A DNA stretch of 17,388 nucleotides from contig CAZQJC010000017.1 in NCBI GenBank assembly GCA_964593795.1, positions 1 to 17,388 of the forward strand, given 5' to 3'. The number at the start of each line of letters is the position of its first letter. Within the stretch, counting starts at the first letter, position 1. Shown here one piece after another: positions 8,470 through 17,388 of the stretch. The DNA comes from an uncultured Myxococcales bacterium. Its GTDB lineage: Bacteria > Myxococcota_A > Polyangia > JAHFDS01. Below the pieces are notes generated by a model. The model was given only the letters and a program-made list of their open reading frames with translations. It did no database searches and was not told where the DNA came from. The translations under genes and the position numbers were made by a program.

Positions 8470-9219
8470 GTGGTAACCGCCATCGCGATGGGCGGAGATC
8501 CGCGCCACGTCGGCATCATCATGGACGGTAACGGCCGCTGGGCCGAGGAGCGCGGCCTGCCCCGCATCGAGGGGCATCGGCGGGGCGCGGACTCCGTGCG
8601 CGATATCGTGCGCTTCGCGCGCGAGCGCGAGCTCGGCGCCCTGACGCTCTACGCGTTCTCCGAGCAGAACTGGGCGCGCCCCGTCGACGAGGTGGCGGCG
8701 CTCATGGACCTCTTGCGCGACTACCTCACGACCGAGCGCGCGGAGATCATGGACAACGACATCCGCCTCGTCAGCGTGGGCGCCATCGATCGCCTCCCGC
8801 AGAAGGTGCGCGCGCCGCTCGACGCGCTCGTGCGCGACAGCGCCGGCAACCAGCACCTCACGCTGTGCCTCGCGCTCTCCTACGGCGGCCAGGAGTCCAT
8901 CGTGGAGGCCACCCGGCGCCTCGGCGCGGCGATCGAGGCCGGCCGGCTGCGCGCCTCCGAGATCGACCTTCCGCGCCTGTCCGCAGAGCTCCAGACCGGG
9001 CGCCTCGGCCTGCCGCCCCTCGATCTCGTCGTGCGCACCTCCGGCGAGCAGCGACTGTCGAACTTCCTCCTGTGGGAGTCGGCCTACGCGGAGCTCTACT
9101 TCACCGACGTGCCGTGGCCGGCGTTCCGCCGCGAGCACTTCGCGATCGCGCTCGACGACTTCGCGCAGCGGCAGCGCCGGTACGGCCTGACGGGCGCGCA
9201 GCTCGGCGGCGTGGAGTGA
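8470..9219 (+). CDS. uppS: Undecaprenyl-diphosphate synthase (cis-isoprenyl transferase).
   Basis: HVGIIMDGNGRWA...GHRRG...LTLYAFSEQNW.RP..EV..LM.L...ERAEIMDN.IRL...G...LP......L..........LTL..ALSYGG...IV...LDL.VRTSGEQRLSNFLLWESAYAELYFTDV.WP.F aligns with E. coli UppS end to end. The start is ambiguous. The longest ORF begins at GTG 8470. An in-frame ATG at 8488 (MGGDPRHVGIIMDG) lies just downstream of a TTGACC-N17-TAACCG promoter-like element, which would make the mRNA nearly leaderless. Confidence 0.85.
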   Translation: MVTAIAMGGDPRHVGIIMDGNGRWAEERGLPRIEGHRRGADSVRDIVRFARERELGALTLYAFSEQNWARPVDEVAALMDLLRDYLTTERAEIMDNDIRLVSVGAIDRLPQKVRAPLDALVRDSAGNQHLTLCLALSYGGQESIVEATRRLGAAIEAGRLRASEIDLPRLSAELQTGRLGLPPLDLVVRTSGEQRLSNFLLWESAYAELYFTDVPWPAFRREHFAIALDDFAQRQRRYGLTGAQLGGVE

Positions 9220-9238
9220 CCTGGCATCGAGGGATCTG

Positions 9239-10063
9239 ATGGGCCTTTCGGCGAACAACAAGAACTTGCTGCAGCGCCTCGGCACCGCCGCCGTGCTCGT
9301 CCCCGTGCTCATCGCGCTCATCGCGTGGCACGAGCCCCTCGGCTGGGCCGGCGTCGTCGCGTGGGCCGTGCTGACGGGCCTGCGCGAGTTCTTCACCATC
9401 GTCTCGGCGGACGCTCCCGGGCTCGTCGTGCCCGGCATGCTGGTCGGCGGAGGCCTCGCCGCCGGCATCTACTTCCTGCCCGGGCACGCGCTCTCGCTGC
9501 TCGGCGCCGTGCCGCTCCTCGCGTTCGCGTTCACGCTGGCGCGCCCCGGCGAGCTCCGCACCGCACCCGCGCGCGTGGGCCTCTTGGCCCTCGGCATCAC
9601 GTACGTCGCGGGCCTCTTGACGCCGCTCGCGCTCCTCAAGCGCGACACCGGCGACCGCGGCGCGCAGTGGATCTTCCTGCTCCTGACGATCGTGTGGTTC
9701 GCGGACACGACCGCCTACGCCTTCGGCCGCACGCTCGGCCGACACAAGCTCTACCCCGCGGTGAGCCCCGGCAAGACCGTCGAGGGCGCGCTCGGGGGCC
9801 TCGTCGGCAACGTGGGCGCGGTGGTGCTCGCCAAGCTCTGGTACATGCCCGAGCTGCCCTGGTCCGCGGCCGCGGCGCTCGCGCTCCCGGCGGGCGTCTT
9901 CGGCCAGGTCGGCGATCTCTGCGAGTCCCTCCTCAAGCGCGCCTACGGCGTCAAGGACTCGGGACGCCTCTTGCCCGGCCACGGCGGCATGCTCGATCGT
10001 GTGGACGCCCTCATGTTCGCCGCGCCGTACACCTACCTCTACGCGCGCTACCTCGTGGGATGA
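9239..10063 (+). CDS. cdsA: Phosphatidate cytidylyltransferase (CDP-diglyceride synthase), 274 aa, polytopic membrane protein.
   Basis: Multiple hydrophobic helices. The signature SPGKTVEGALGG (SPxKTxEG) and C-terminal PGHGGMLDRVDAL are present. GAGGGA lies 6 nt before the ATG at 9239. It directly follows uppS, a conserved uppS-cdsA pairing. Confidence 0.9.
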   Translation: MGLSANNKNLLQRLGTAAVLVPVLIALIAWHEPLGWAGVVAWAVLTGLREFFTIVSADAPGLVVPGMLVGGGLAAGIYFLPGHALSLLGAVPLLAFAFTLARPGELRTAPARVGLLALGITYVAGLLTPLALLKRDTGDRGAQWIFLLLTIVWFADTTAYAFGRTLGRHKLYPAVSPGKTVEGALGGLVGNVGAVVLAKLWYMPELPWSAAAALALPAGVFGQVGDLCESLLKRAYGVKDSGRLLPGHGGMLDRVDALMFAAPYTYLYARYLVG

Positions 10064-11043
10064 GCCGCAAAGCCCGCTCGACCGAGCTGCCCGCGGTCGA
10101 GTTCGACGGCGGCGTCCACCTGCCGGGCACGCTCCTCTGGTTCGACCCGGCGAGGCGCCGAGACCTCTGCTTCCTGTCGAGCGCGCTCTCGGACAGCCCG
10201 CGCAGCCACGGCCAGGTCGTCACCACCGCCGAGACCGCCACGCTCGTGGGGCTGCGGCCGGGCGAGGCCCTCATCGCGCGGACCGAGCGCCCCTTCGTGC
10301 TCGGCAAGCTCAAGCTCGAGCTCTTCGCCTCCGGCTTCGTCCTCGGCGGGGCGCAGGTCCGCGTCCAGCACGCGGGCGCGCGCGTGGTCTACGCCGGCTT
10401 CGTCAACCCCACGCCCCGGCCCGTGGCCGCGCCGCTCGTCCAGCCGGCCGCCGACGTGCTCGTCCTCGGCGCGCGCTATGGCGCGCCGCGCGACCGCTTC
10501 CCGCCGCGCCCAGCGCTGCTCGAGCGAGCCCGCGCGTTCGTCCGCGAGACGCTCTCGAGCGGACGCACGCCGGTCCTGCTCGCCCAGCCGCTCGGGACCG
10601 CGCAGGAGCTCGCCCTCGTCCTCGCCGACGAGGGCGTGCCGGTCGCGGCGAGCCTCCGCATCGCCGCCCTCGCGGAGGCGAGCCGCACCCTCGGCCTGCC
10701 GCTGCCGCAGATCCGCAAGTACCGCGGTCGCATCCGCCCCGGCGAAGCGCTGCTCTGGCCCGCCAATGGCCCGCTGCCCAAGGGCCTGTCCGCGCAGACG
10801 CGGACGCTCGTCTGCTCCGGTCGCGCGCTCGACCCCGACTTCGTTCGCAGGGCAGGCGCCGACGAGGGCCTCGCGCTCTCGAACCACGCGGACGCCGCGC
10901 AGCTCGCCGAGTACGTGGCCGCGTCGGGGGCCACGAAGGTGTACCTCTTCGGCCAGGCCGCCGAGCCGCTCGCCGCCGAGCTCCGCCGCGCCGGCCGCGA
11001 CGCGACCGCCTTCGGCTCGACCCGCCAGCTCGAGCTCTTCTGA
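10060..11043 (+). CDS. Conserved hypothetical protein, 327 aa, translationally coupled to cdsA. It may be a catalytically degenerate metallo-beta-lactamase / beta-CASP-like fold.
   Basis: The ATG at 10060-10062 overlaps the cdsA TGA (ATGA). It is in frame with the downstream part of track ORF 9325..11043; the upstream part of that ORF is a cdsA shadow. Codon usage matches the neighbours. LLWFDPARRRDLCFLSSALSD resembles the 'DxxR..hhh-HxHxDH' stretch of ligase-associated/beta-CASP MBL exonucleases, with every His replaced. The C-terminal LSNHADAAQLAEYVAASGATKVYLFGQAAE resembles beta-CASP motif C with the His lost. Confidence 0.6.
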   Translation: MSRKARSTELPAVEFDGGVHLPGTLLWFDPARRRDLCFLSSALSDSPRSHGQVVTTAETATLVGLRPGEALIARTERPFVLGKLKLELFASGFVLGGAQVRVQHAGARVVYAGFVNPTPRPVAAPLVQPAADVLVLGARYGAPRDRFPPRPALLERARAFVRETLSSGRTPVLLAQPLGTAQELALVLADEGVPVAASLRIAALAEASRTLGLPLPQIRKYRGRIRPGEALLWPANGPLPKGLSAQTRTLVCSGRALDPDFVRRAGADEGLALSNHADAAQLAEYVAASGATKVYLFGQAAEPLAAELRRAGRDATAFGSTRQLELF

Positions 11044-11071
11044 CCTCCCTCACCCCGATTTCGCTCCGGCC

Positions 11072-11114
11072 GTAGCCCGTAGCCCGTGGCCCCTGGCCCG
11101 TACGCGAGTATGAT
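11072..11114 (+). promoter_or_regulatory. Four tandem heptamers (GTAGCCC, GTAGCCC, GTGGCCC, CTGGCCC; 11072-11099) immediately upstream of a TATGAT -10-like hexamer (11109-11114), which sits 8 nt before the kinase-gene ATG.
   Basis: Read directly. No Shine-Dalgarno sequence precedes the ATG at 11123. The spacing fits a leaderless transcript whose -35 region is occupied by the repeat array. This is a candidate operator/promoter. Confidence 0.4.
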
Positions 11115-11122
11115 CGGCGCCG

Positions 11123-14100
11123 ATGCGCGTCTGTCGCAGCTGTCGCGCCGCGTGCCCCGAGGCGGCCAGGTTCTGCCTGACCTGCGGCGCCGAGCTGCCG
11201 TCCTGGTCCGGGGACGACGCCGAGCGCTTGCTCGGGCAGGTCATCGCCGGCAACTTCCGCATCGTCGAGTTCGTGGGCGAGGGCGCGATGGGCCGCGTCT
11301 ACCGCGCCGAGCAGCTCTCGCTCGGCAAGTCGGTCGCCGTCAAGCTCCTGCACCCACGCCTGCGCTCGGACGCGTCGTTCATCCGCCGCTTCGAGAACGA
11401 GGCGCGCGCCGCGAGTCGGCTCAACCACCCGAACTCCATCGCCGTCATCGACTTCGGCCTGCTGACCTCGGGCGAGCCGTTCATCGTGATGGAGTACATC
11501 CGCGGCCTCACGCTGCGGCAGGTCAACGACGAGTCCTTCCCGCTGCGACCCTCGCGCGTCGCCCACATCACCGCGCAGATCGCGGGCGCGGTCGGCGAGG
11601 CCCACGCGCTCGGCGTGTTGCACCGGGACCTCAAGCCCGACAACGTGATCGTGCAGCAGCTCCGGGACGGCCGCGACCACGTCAAGGTGGTGGACTTCGG
11701 CCTCGCGGCGCTCATGAAGTCGTCACCGCGTACGAGCTCGACGGGCCAGATCTGGGGCACCCCGCAATACCTCTCGCCCGAGCGCCTGCGTGGCGAGGTC
11801 GCGACGCCGCAGACAGACGTCTACGCCATCGGCGCGATGCTCTACGAGCTCCTGACCGGCGTGCCCCCGTACGACGGCGGGACCCCGCTCGAGGTCGTCT
11901 CCGCCACCCTCGCCGGGCCGCCTCCTCCACCGTCGGCCCGGCGCGCCGACCTGCGCATCCATCCGGCCCTGGAGGGCATCGCGCTGCGCTGCCTCGAGCG
12001 CGATCCGCAGGCCAGGCTCGGCTCGGCCAACGAGCTGCGCGAGCGCCTCGAGGCGTTCGTGGCCGTCCGCGCGACCGACCGCTCGATCGAGTGCCCGCGC
12101 TGCGGCAGCGAGAACCGAGGCCGCGCGCGCTTCTGCTCCGAGTGCGGCCTGCAGCTCGCGAGCGCCTCGACCGCCGACGAGGCCCTCTTCCGCGAGCAGC
12201 CGACGACGCTGACGCAGGCGAACCCTCTCATCCAGCTCGCGAGCCTGCAGAGCCAGCCCATCCCGCCGGCCGCGCCGCCCGTCCTCGTCGTCGAGCCGGC
12301 GCCGCTCGTCGGGCGCCGCCGCGAGCTGCAGCGCCTCGGGGAGTGGCTCGACGTGGAGCGCTCGAGCGCGTTCCTCGTGTCGGGCGAGCCCGGCATCGGC
12401 AAGTCGCGCCTGGCCGAGACCGCGATCGCCGAGGCGGTCGTGCGCGGCTACCGGACGCTCGTCACCCGGCCCGACCCCTCGCGCGCCGGCGATCCCTGGT
12501 ACCCGGTGATCGGCGTCTGCCGCGCGGTGCTCGCCCTGCCGGACGATGCCTCGAGCGGAGACCTGGTCGTGGCCGCCGAGCGCCTCGGCGTCGAGCGCGC
12601 AGATCTGCTCGGCCTCGGCGAGCTGCTCGAGCTCGGGGAGCCGACCGGCGAGCTCGAGCGCACCGTCCGCCTGCGCGAGCTCCGAACCGCGTTCCGCCGC
12701 ACCATCGAGGCCGTCGCGATGACGCAGCCGACGCTCCTGCTCGTCGAGGACGTCGATCGGTTCGACCGGCCGTCCCTGTCGGTCTTCGCGGAGCTCGCGG
12801 TCAAGCCGCCTGCGGGTTGCCTCAAGATCCTCGCCACCGCACGCGAGACCGACCCGGTCGGGGTGCCCGATCGCGTCGAGCGCATGCAGCTCACCCCGCT
12901 CGGCCCGAACGACATGGCGGCCCTCGGCGCCGCACTCGCCGAGCCCGCAGGGCTCGAGGTGGCCGCGCTCGAGCGCGCCTGCGCCGCCCTCACCCCGGGC
13001 TTGCCGCTCAGCGCCGAGCTCGTGCGCCTGCTCTGGGCGTCCGGCCGTCAGTCACTGCCGACCACCCTCGGCGAGCTCGTCTCGTCTCGCGTCACCTGGC
13101 TCGCTCCGGCGTCGCGACAGGTCCTGCAGGCCGCCGCCGCCATCGGGCTCGAGGCCCCCATCGACGTGCTCGCAGATCTCGCGTCCGACAAGGGCGCCTT
13201 CGAGGGCGTTCTCGGCTACCTCATGGACCAGGGCTGGCTCCTGCGTTCGGGTGGCCACGTGCGCTTCCACCACGACTTCGTCGAGGAGGTCGTCTATGCC
13301 ATGACTCCCCGCGCCGTCCTGCAGGAGCTCCACCGCTCCGTCGCCGAGGCGCTCGGCCGGCGCCGCGCCCCGGCGACGGCGATCGCGGCCCAGTGGTTCC
13401 GCGCGGGAGAGGCCGCGGGCGCAGCGCTCGAGGCGGCCGGGGATCGCTGCGGCCGCCGCTTCGACGACCACGCCGCGGCCGACTGGTACAAGCGCGCCTA
13501 CGCCGCGGTCGGCGATGACGCCGATCAGCGCGCGGCCCCGCGGGTCGCGCTCAAGCACGCGACCGCGCTGCGCTTCTGTGGCGAGGCCGTGAGCGCCGAA
13601 GCGGCTGCGCAGGGCGGACTCGTCCGTGCCGAGCACCTCGGCGACGTGATCGGCCTCCGCCGGCTGCTCGCGACCCTCGCCATCGACCGCGCCGCGCTCG
13701 ACGTGGCGCGCGCGGAGCTCGAGGCGGCCCTGCAGGCGGCGCGCGACGCGGGCGAGCCCGACGCCGAGGCGAGCCTCGAGACGGACCTCTCGGTCGTCCT
13801 CGCCTCCGAGAACCGCGTCGACGACGCCATCGAGCTCCTCGAGCGAGCGGTCGCCCGTCACCGCTCGAGCGGCACGCAGGCCCCGTGGCGCACCCTCGCG
13901 CGCCTCGGCGAGCTGTGCTGGTACTCCGACCGCACCGAGCGCGCCAGGGGCTACCTCGGCGAGGCCCTCGAGCTGGCCCGCGCGGCCGGCTCGGCGATCG
14001 GCGAGGCCCGTGTGCACGCCCTGCTCGCGGGCCTGCTGCAGCGCCTCGGCGACGCCTCGGCCGCGGAGTCGCATCGCACCGACGCGGTCGTCTCGCTGCG

Positions 14101-14182
14101 CGCCATCGGGGACCGGGCCGCCGCGCTGGAGATGGAGCTCGACGGCCTCACCGCGACGCAGCGCATCCCCGAAGCGCCTTAG
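11123..14182 (+). CDS. Multidomain Ser/Thr protein kinase, 1019 aa. Layout: N-terminal zinc ribbon, Hanks-type kinase domain, second zinc ribbon, STAND/AAA_16-like P-loop NTPase, then a C-terminal TPR-like helical repeat region.
   Basis: CRSCRAACPEAARFCLTCG and CPRCGSENRGRARFCSECG are paired CxxC ribbons. The kinase carries GEGAMGRVY, VAVKLL, HRDLKPDNV, DFGLA and GTPQYLSPE. Walker A is GEPGIGKSRL (aa 421-430) and Walker B is LLLVEDVDRFD. The C-terminal 350 aa are Ala/Leu/Arg-rich helical repeats. The first in-frame ATG is at 11123; stop TAG at 14180-14182. Confidence 0.85.
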   Translation: MRVCRSCRAACPEAARFCLTCGAELPSWSGDDAERLLGQVIAGNFRIVEFVGEGAMGRVYRAEQLSLGKSVAVKLLHPRLRSDASFIRRFENEARAASRLNHPNSIAVIDFGLLTSGEPFIVMEYIRGLTLRQVNDESFPLRPSRVAHITAQIAGAVGEAHALGVLHRDLKPDNVIVQQLRDGRDHVKVVDFGLAALMKSSPRTSSTGQIWGTPQYLSPERLRGEVATPQTDVYAIGAMLYELLTGVPPYDGGTPLEVVSATLAGPPPPPSARRADLRIHPALEGIALRCLERDPQARLGSANELRERLEAFVAVRATDRSIECPRCGSENRGRARFCSECGLQLASASTADEALFREQPTTLTQANPLIQLASLQSQPIPPAAPPVLVVEPAPLVGRRRELQRLGEWLDVERSSAFLVSGEPGIGKSRLAETAIAEAVVRGYRTLVTRPDPSRAGDPWYPVIGVCRAVLALPDDASSGDLVVAAERLGVERADLLGLGELLELGEPTGELERTVRLRELRTAFRRTIEAVAMTQPTLLLVEDVDRFDRPSLSVFAELAVKPPAGCLKILATARETDPVGVPDRVERMQLTPLGPNDMAALGAALAEPAGLEVAALERACAALTPGLPLSAELVRLLWASGRQSLPTTLGELVSSRVTWLAPASRQVLQAAAAIGLEAPIDVLADLASDKGAFEGVLGYLMDQGWLLRSGGHVRFHHDFVEEVVYAMTPRAVLQELHRSVAEALGRRRAPATAIAAQWFRAGEAAGAALEAAGDRCGRRFDDHAAADWYKRAYAAVGDDADQRAAPRVALKHATALRFCGEAVSAEAAAQGGLVRAEHLGDVIGLRRLLATLAIDRAALDVARAELEAALQAARDAGEPDAEASLETDLSVVLASENRVDDAIELLERAVARHRSSGTQAPWRTLARLGELCWYSDRTERARGYLGEALELARAAGSAIGEARVHALLAGLLQRLGDASAAESHRTDAVVSLRAIGDRAAALEMELDGLTATQRIPEAP

Positions 14183-14356
14183 TTGCGTCTGGATGGCCAG
14201 GAGCCGCCATCGTCATTGCCGCGCGACCTACGACGCACTGCGGCATTGGCACGACCCGGGGAAATCCGGGAATTTTGCACCTCGCCCCTTGCCAGACGCG
14301 CAAAGAATGTCAGATTTCATCCCAAGAGCGTGCGCATCTATGAGCGTCCGCTCCCG

Positions 14357-14403
14357 CACCCCTGGCGCTCCCCCCCTCTGCGCCAGGGGTGTTCTTTATT
14401 CTG
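14357..14403 (+). terminator. Rho-independent terminator. A perfect 12-bp GC-rich stem (CACCCCTGGCGC / GCGCCAGGGGTG) closes an 11-nt C-rich loop and is followed by TTCTTTATTCT.
   Basis: Read directly: 14357-14368 is the reverse complement of 14380-14391, and a U-rich tract lies at 14392-14403. It is oriented for plus-strand transcripts, about 175 nt downstream of the kinase-gene stop. Confidence 0.8.
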
Positions 14404-14465
14404 AGGCCGGGGCCGACGCGAGCCGGACGGCCGGCCGCGCGTGGGTCTTCATCTGGGAGTGAGCG

Positions 14466-14487
14466 CGGGGAGCGCGAGCGCTCCCCG
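14466..14487 (-). terminator. Perfect 10-bp GC hairpin (CGGGGAGCGC ga GCGCTCCCCG) 15 nt downstream of the metK stop. No U tract follows.
   Basis: Read directly. Its position immediately 3' of metK on the minus strand suggests it is the metK terminator or 3'-end stabiliser. The lack of a U tract lowers confidence in intrinsic termination. Confidence 0.5.
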
Positions 14488-14501
14488 GAACAGGCGGGCG
14501 G

Positions 14502-15761
14502 TCAGGCGTTGGCGGAGGTGCCCTTGGCGGGCTTCTTCTTGGCCTTGCCGGCGGCCTTGGCGGCGCTGCCGTTCTTCGCGTGGCCATTGCGCCCTGCGTG
14601 GGCCATGCCCTCCGCGAGCGCCTGAGCGCGGTCCGTGCGCTCCCAGGTGAACGTCTTTTCGCTGCGGCCGAAGTGCCCGTAGGCCGCCGTCGCCTTGTAG
14701 ATCGGCTTGAGCAGGTCGAGCTCCTCGATCAGCGCTCCCGGGCGGCAGTCGAAGTGGCCGCGCACGAGCTTGGCGAGCTCCTCGTCCTTGTGCGGGCTCG
14801 TGCCGAACGTGAAGCAGTTGATCGACACCGGCTCCGCGACGCCGATCGCGTACGCGAGCTGCACCTCGCAGCGGCGCGCGAGCTTCGCCGCCACGATGTT
14901 CTTGGCGATGTAGCGCGCGTAGTACGCCGCCGAGCGATCCACCTTCGACGGGTCCTTGCCGGAGAACGCGCCGCCACCGTGACGCCCCATGCCGCCGTAG
15001 GTGTCGACGATGATCTTGCGGCCCGTCAGGCCCGAGTCACCCATCGGCCCGCCGATGACGAAGCGGCCCGTCGGGTTGATGAAGAACTTGATGTTCCCCT
15101 TGAGGAGGTCCGCAGGGATCTCCTTCTTGATCACCTCGTCGATGATCGCCTCGCGGAGCGTCTCGTACTTGACGTCCTCCGAGTGCTGCGAGGAGACGAC
15201 GATGGTGTCGAGGCCGACCGGCTGGTCGTTCTCGTAGCGCACCGAGACCTGCGACTTGCCGTCGGGGCGCAGGAACGGGAGGATCCCCTTCTTGCGCACC
15301 TGCGAGAGGCGACGCGCGATGCGGTGCGCGAGCGCGATCGGAAGGGGCATGAGCTCCTTCGTCTCGTCGCTGGCGTAGCCGAACATCATGCCCTGGTCGC
15401 CGGCGCCCTGGTCCTTCTTGGTGTAGACGCCCTTGCCATCGACGCCGCGCGCGATGTCCACCGACTGCTGCTCGATGGCCGTGAGCACGCCGCAGGTGCG
15501 GTAGTCGAAGCCCATCGCGGAGTCCGTGTAGCCGATCTCCTTGACCGCCTCGCGCACGATCTTGACCGTGTCGACCCAGGCCGACGTGGTGATCTCGCCC
15601 GCGAGCATCACGAAGCCGGTCTTGGTGACCGTCTCGCACGCCACGCGGCACCCCGGATCCTGCGCGATGATCCCGTCCAGGATGGCGTCGGAGATCGCGT
15701 CGCACATCTTGTCGGGATGTCCCTCGGTCACACTCTCGGAGGTGAAGACGTAGTCAGCCAT
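14502..15761 (-). CDS. metK: S-adenosylmethionine synthetase, 419 aa, with an extra Lys/Ala/Pro-rich C-terminal tail of about 35 aa.
   Basis: [29 protein letters not shown]...[12 protein letters not shown]...[43 protein letters not shown] matches canonical MetK motifs. AAGGAG lies 9 nt upstream of the ATG at 15761. The tail is ...[36 protein letters not shown]. Confidence 0.92.
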   Translation of the reverse strand: MADYVFTSESVTEGHPDKMCDAISDAILDGIIAQDPGCRVACETVTKTGFVMLAGEITTSAWVDTVKIVREAVKEIGYTDSAMGFDYRTCGVLTAIEQQSVDIARGVDGKGVYTKKDQGAGDQGMMFGYASDETKELMPLPIALAHRIARRLSQVRKKGILPFLRPDGKSQVSVRYENDQPVGLDTIVVSSQHSEDVKYETLREAIIDEVIKKEIPADLLKGNIKFFINPTGRFVIGGPMGDSGLTGRKIIVDTYGGMGRHGGGAFSGKDPSKVDRSAAYYARYIAKNIVAAKLARRCEVQLAYAIGVAEPVSINCFTFGTSPHKDEELAKLVRGHFDCRPGALIEELDLLKPIYKATAAYGHFGRSEKTFTWERTDRAQALAEGMAHAGRNGHAKNGSAAKAAGKAKKKPAKGTSANA

Positions 15762-15892
15762 TCGAACCTCGGCTCCTTGTTGCCGCGAGATCGCCCGCGC
15801 CTGTTGGTTTCCGGTCTGCTCTTCGTGCGGTCACTCTGCGCAAGGCAGAATTCTCGTGCGAGGGGGTCGAATATCACCTGAATGGGCAGCGG

Positions 15893-16546
<654 letters not shown>

Positions 16547-16563
16547 CTGTTCCTCTCGTCCTC

Positions 16564-17388
<825 letters not shown>

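Noticed and set aside
8470-8487. GTG at 8470 versus ATG at 8488 as the uppS start.
   Set aside because: Neither is rejected outright. Neither candidate has a Shine-Dalgarno sequence, and sequence alone cannot decide. I kept the longer coordinate in the feature table and flagged the ATG.
9325-10059. The first 245 codons of the 572-aa plus ORF 9325..11043.
   Set aside because: It is in a different frame from cdsA and runs through it. Only the part from the ATG at 10060 is credible.
14183-14404. 73-aa plus ORF in the kinase/metK intergenic region.
   Set aside because: It has a GTG start, no Shine-Dalgarno sequence, Arg/Pro-rich low-complexity content, and it spans two terminator-like hairpins. 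It is more likely non-coding.
14183-14501. A tRNA gene in the largest intergenic region.
   Set aside because: There is no GTTCGA/T-loop-like motif and no cloverleaf-compatible arrangement. The hairpins present are terminator-like.
15762-15892. Possible SAM riboswitch in the metK 5' leader.
   Set aside because: The 131-nt leader does not show the conserved SAM-I or SAM-II core motifs or a convincing pseudoknot by eye. Only an Rfam or Infernal scan could settle it.

Overview
This is a very high-GC window (about 70% or more, with third codon positions almost all G/C), which is why all six frames are full of long Arg/Ala/Gly/Pro-rich shadow ORFs. Once the shadows are resolved, 13 credible protein genes remain. 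The content (a Ser/Thr kinase fused to an ATPase and TPR repeats, standalone PspA, split nuo genes, K/A-rich protein tails) suggests a Myxococcota-like deltaproteobacterium, but that is inference only.

Gene order, low to high coordinate:
- Minus strand, 278..5577: an operon-like block of a sensor histidine kinase, an OmpR-family response regulator, an AlaX-L tRNA editing protein, and a fused formimidoyltransferase-cyclodeaminase (FtcD). Each junction is a 4-nt ATGA stop/start overlap, or a 41-nt overlap at the kinase/regulator junction.
- Plus strand: hisD, 27 bp away and divergent from the kinase, overlapped by grpE.
- Minus strand: pspA.
- Plus strand: uppS, cdsA, an overlapping conserved hypothetical, then a 1019-aa gene encoding a zinc-ribbon/Ser-Thr kinase/STAND-like ATPase/TPR protein.
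- Minus strand: metK, nuoI and a truncated nuoH.
- No rRNA, tRNA, CRISPR array or transposase is visible.

Non-coding features of interest:
- A composite palindrome plus an (ACGAGC)n microsatellite at the window start.
- A roughly 120-bp imperfect palindrome made of GCAACAG-like heptamers between convergent grpE and pspA.
- Four tandem heptamers overlapping a leaderless-type promoter in front of the kinase gene.
- A textbook intrinsic terminator inside a 318-bp, AT-richer convergent intergenic region that may hold a small RNA.

Protein-level oddities:
- A C2H2-type zinc-finger-like insertion in FtcD.
- His/Gly-rich tails on NuoI.
- A Lys/Ala-rich tail on MetK.
- A cdsA-coupled protein that looks like a catalytically degenerate metallo-beta-lactamase/beta-CASP.

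I cannot run homology searches here. Every product call rests on motifs I recognise directly in the ORF translations.
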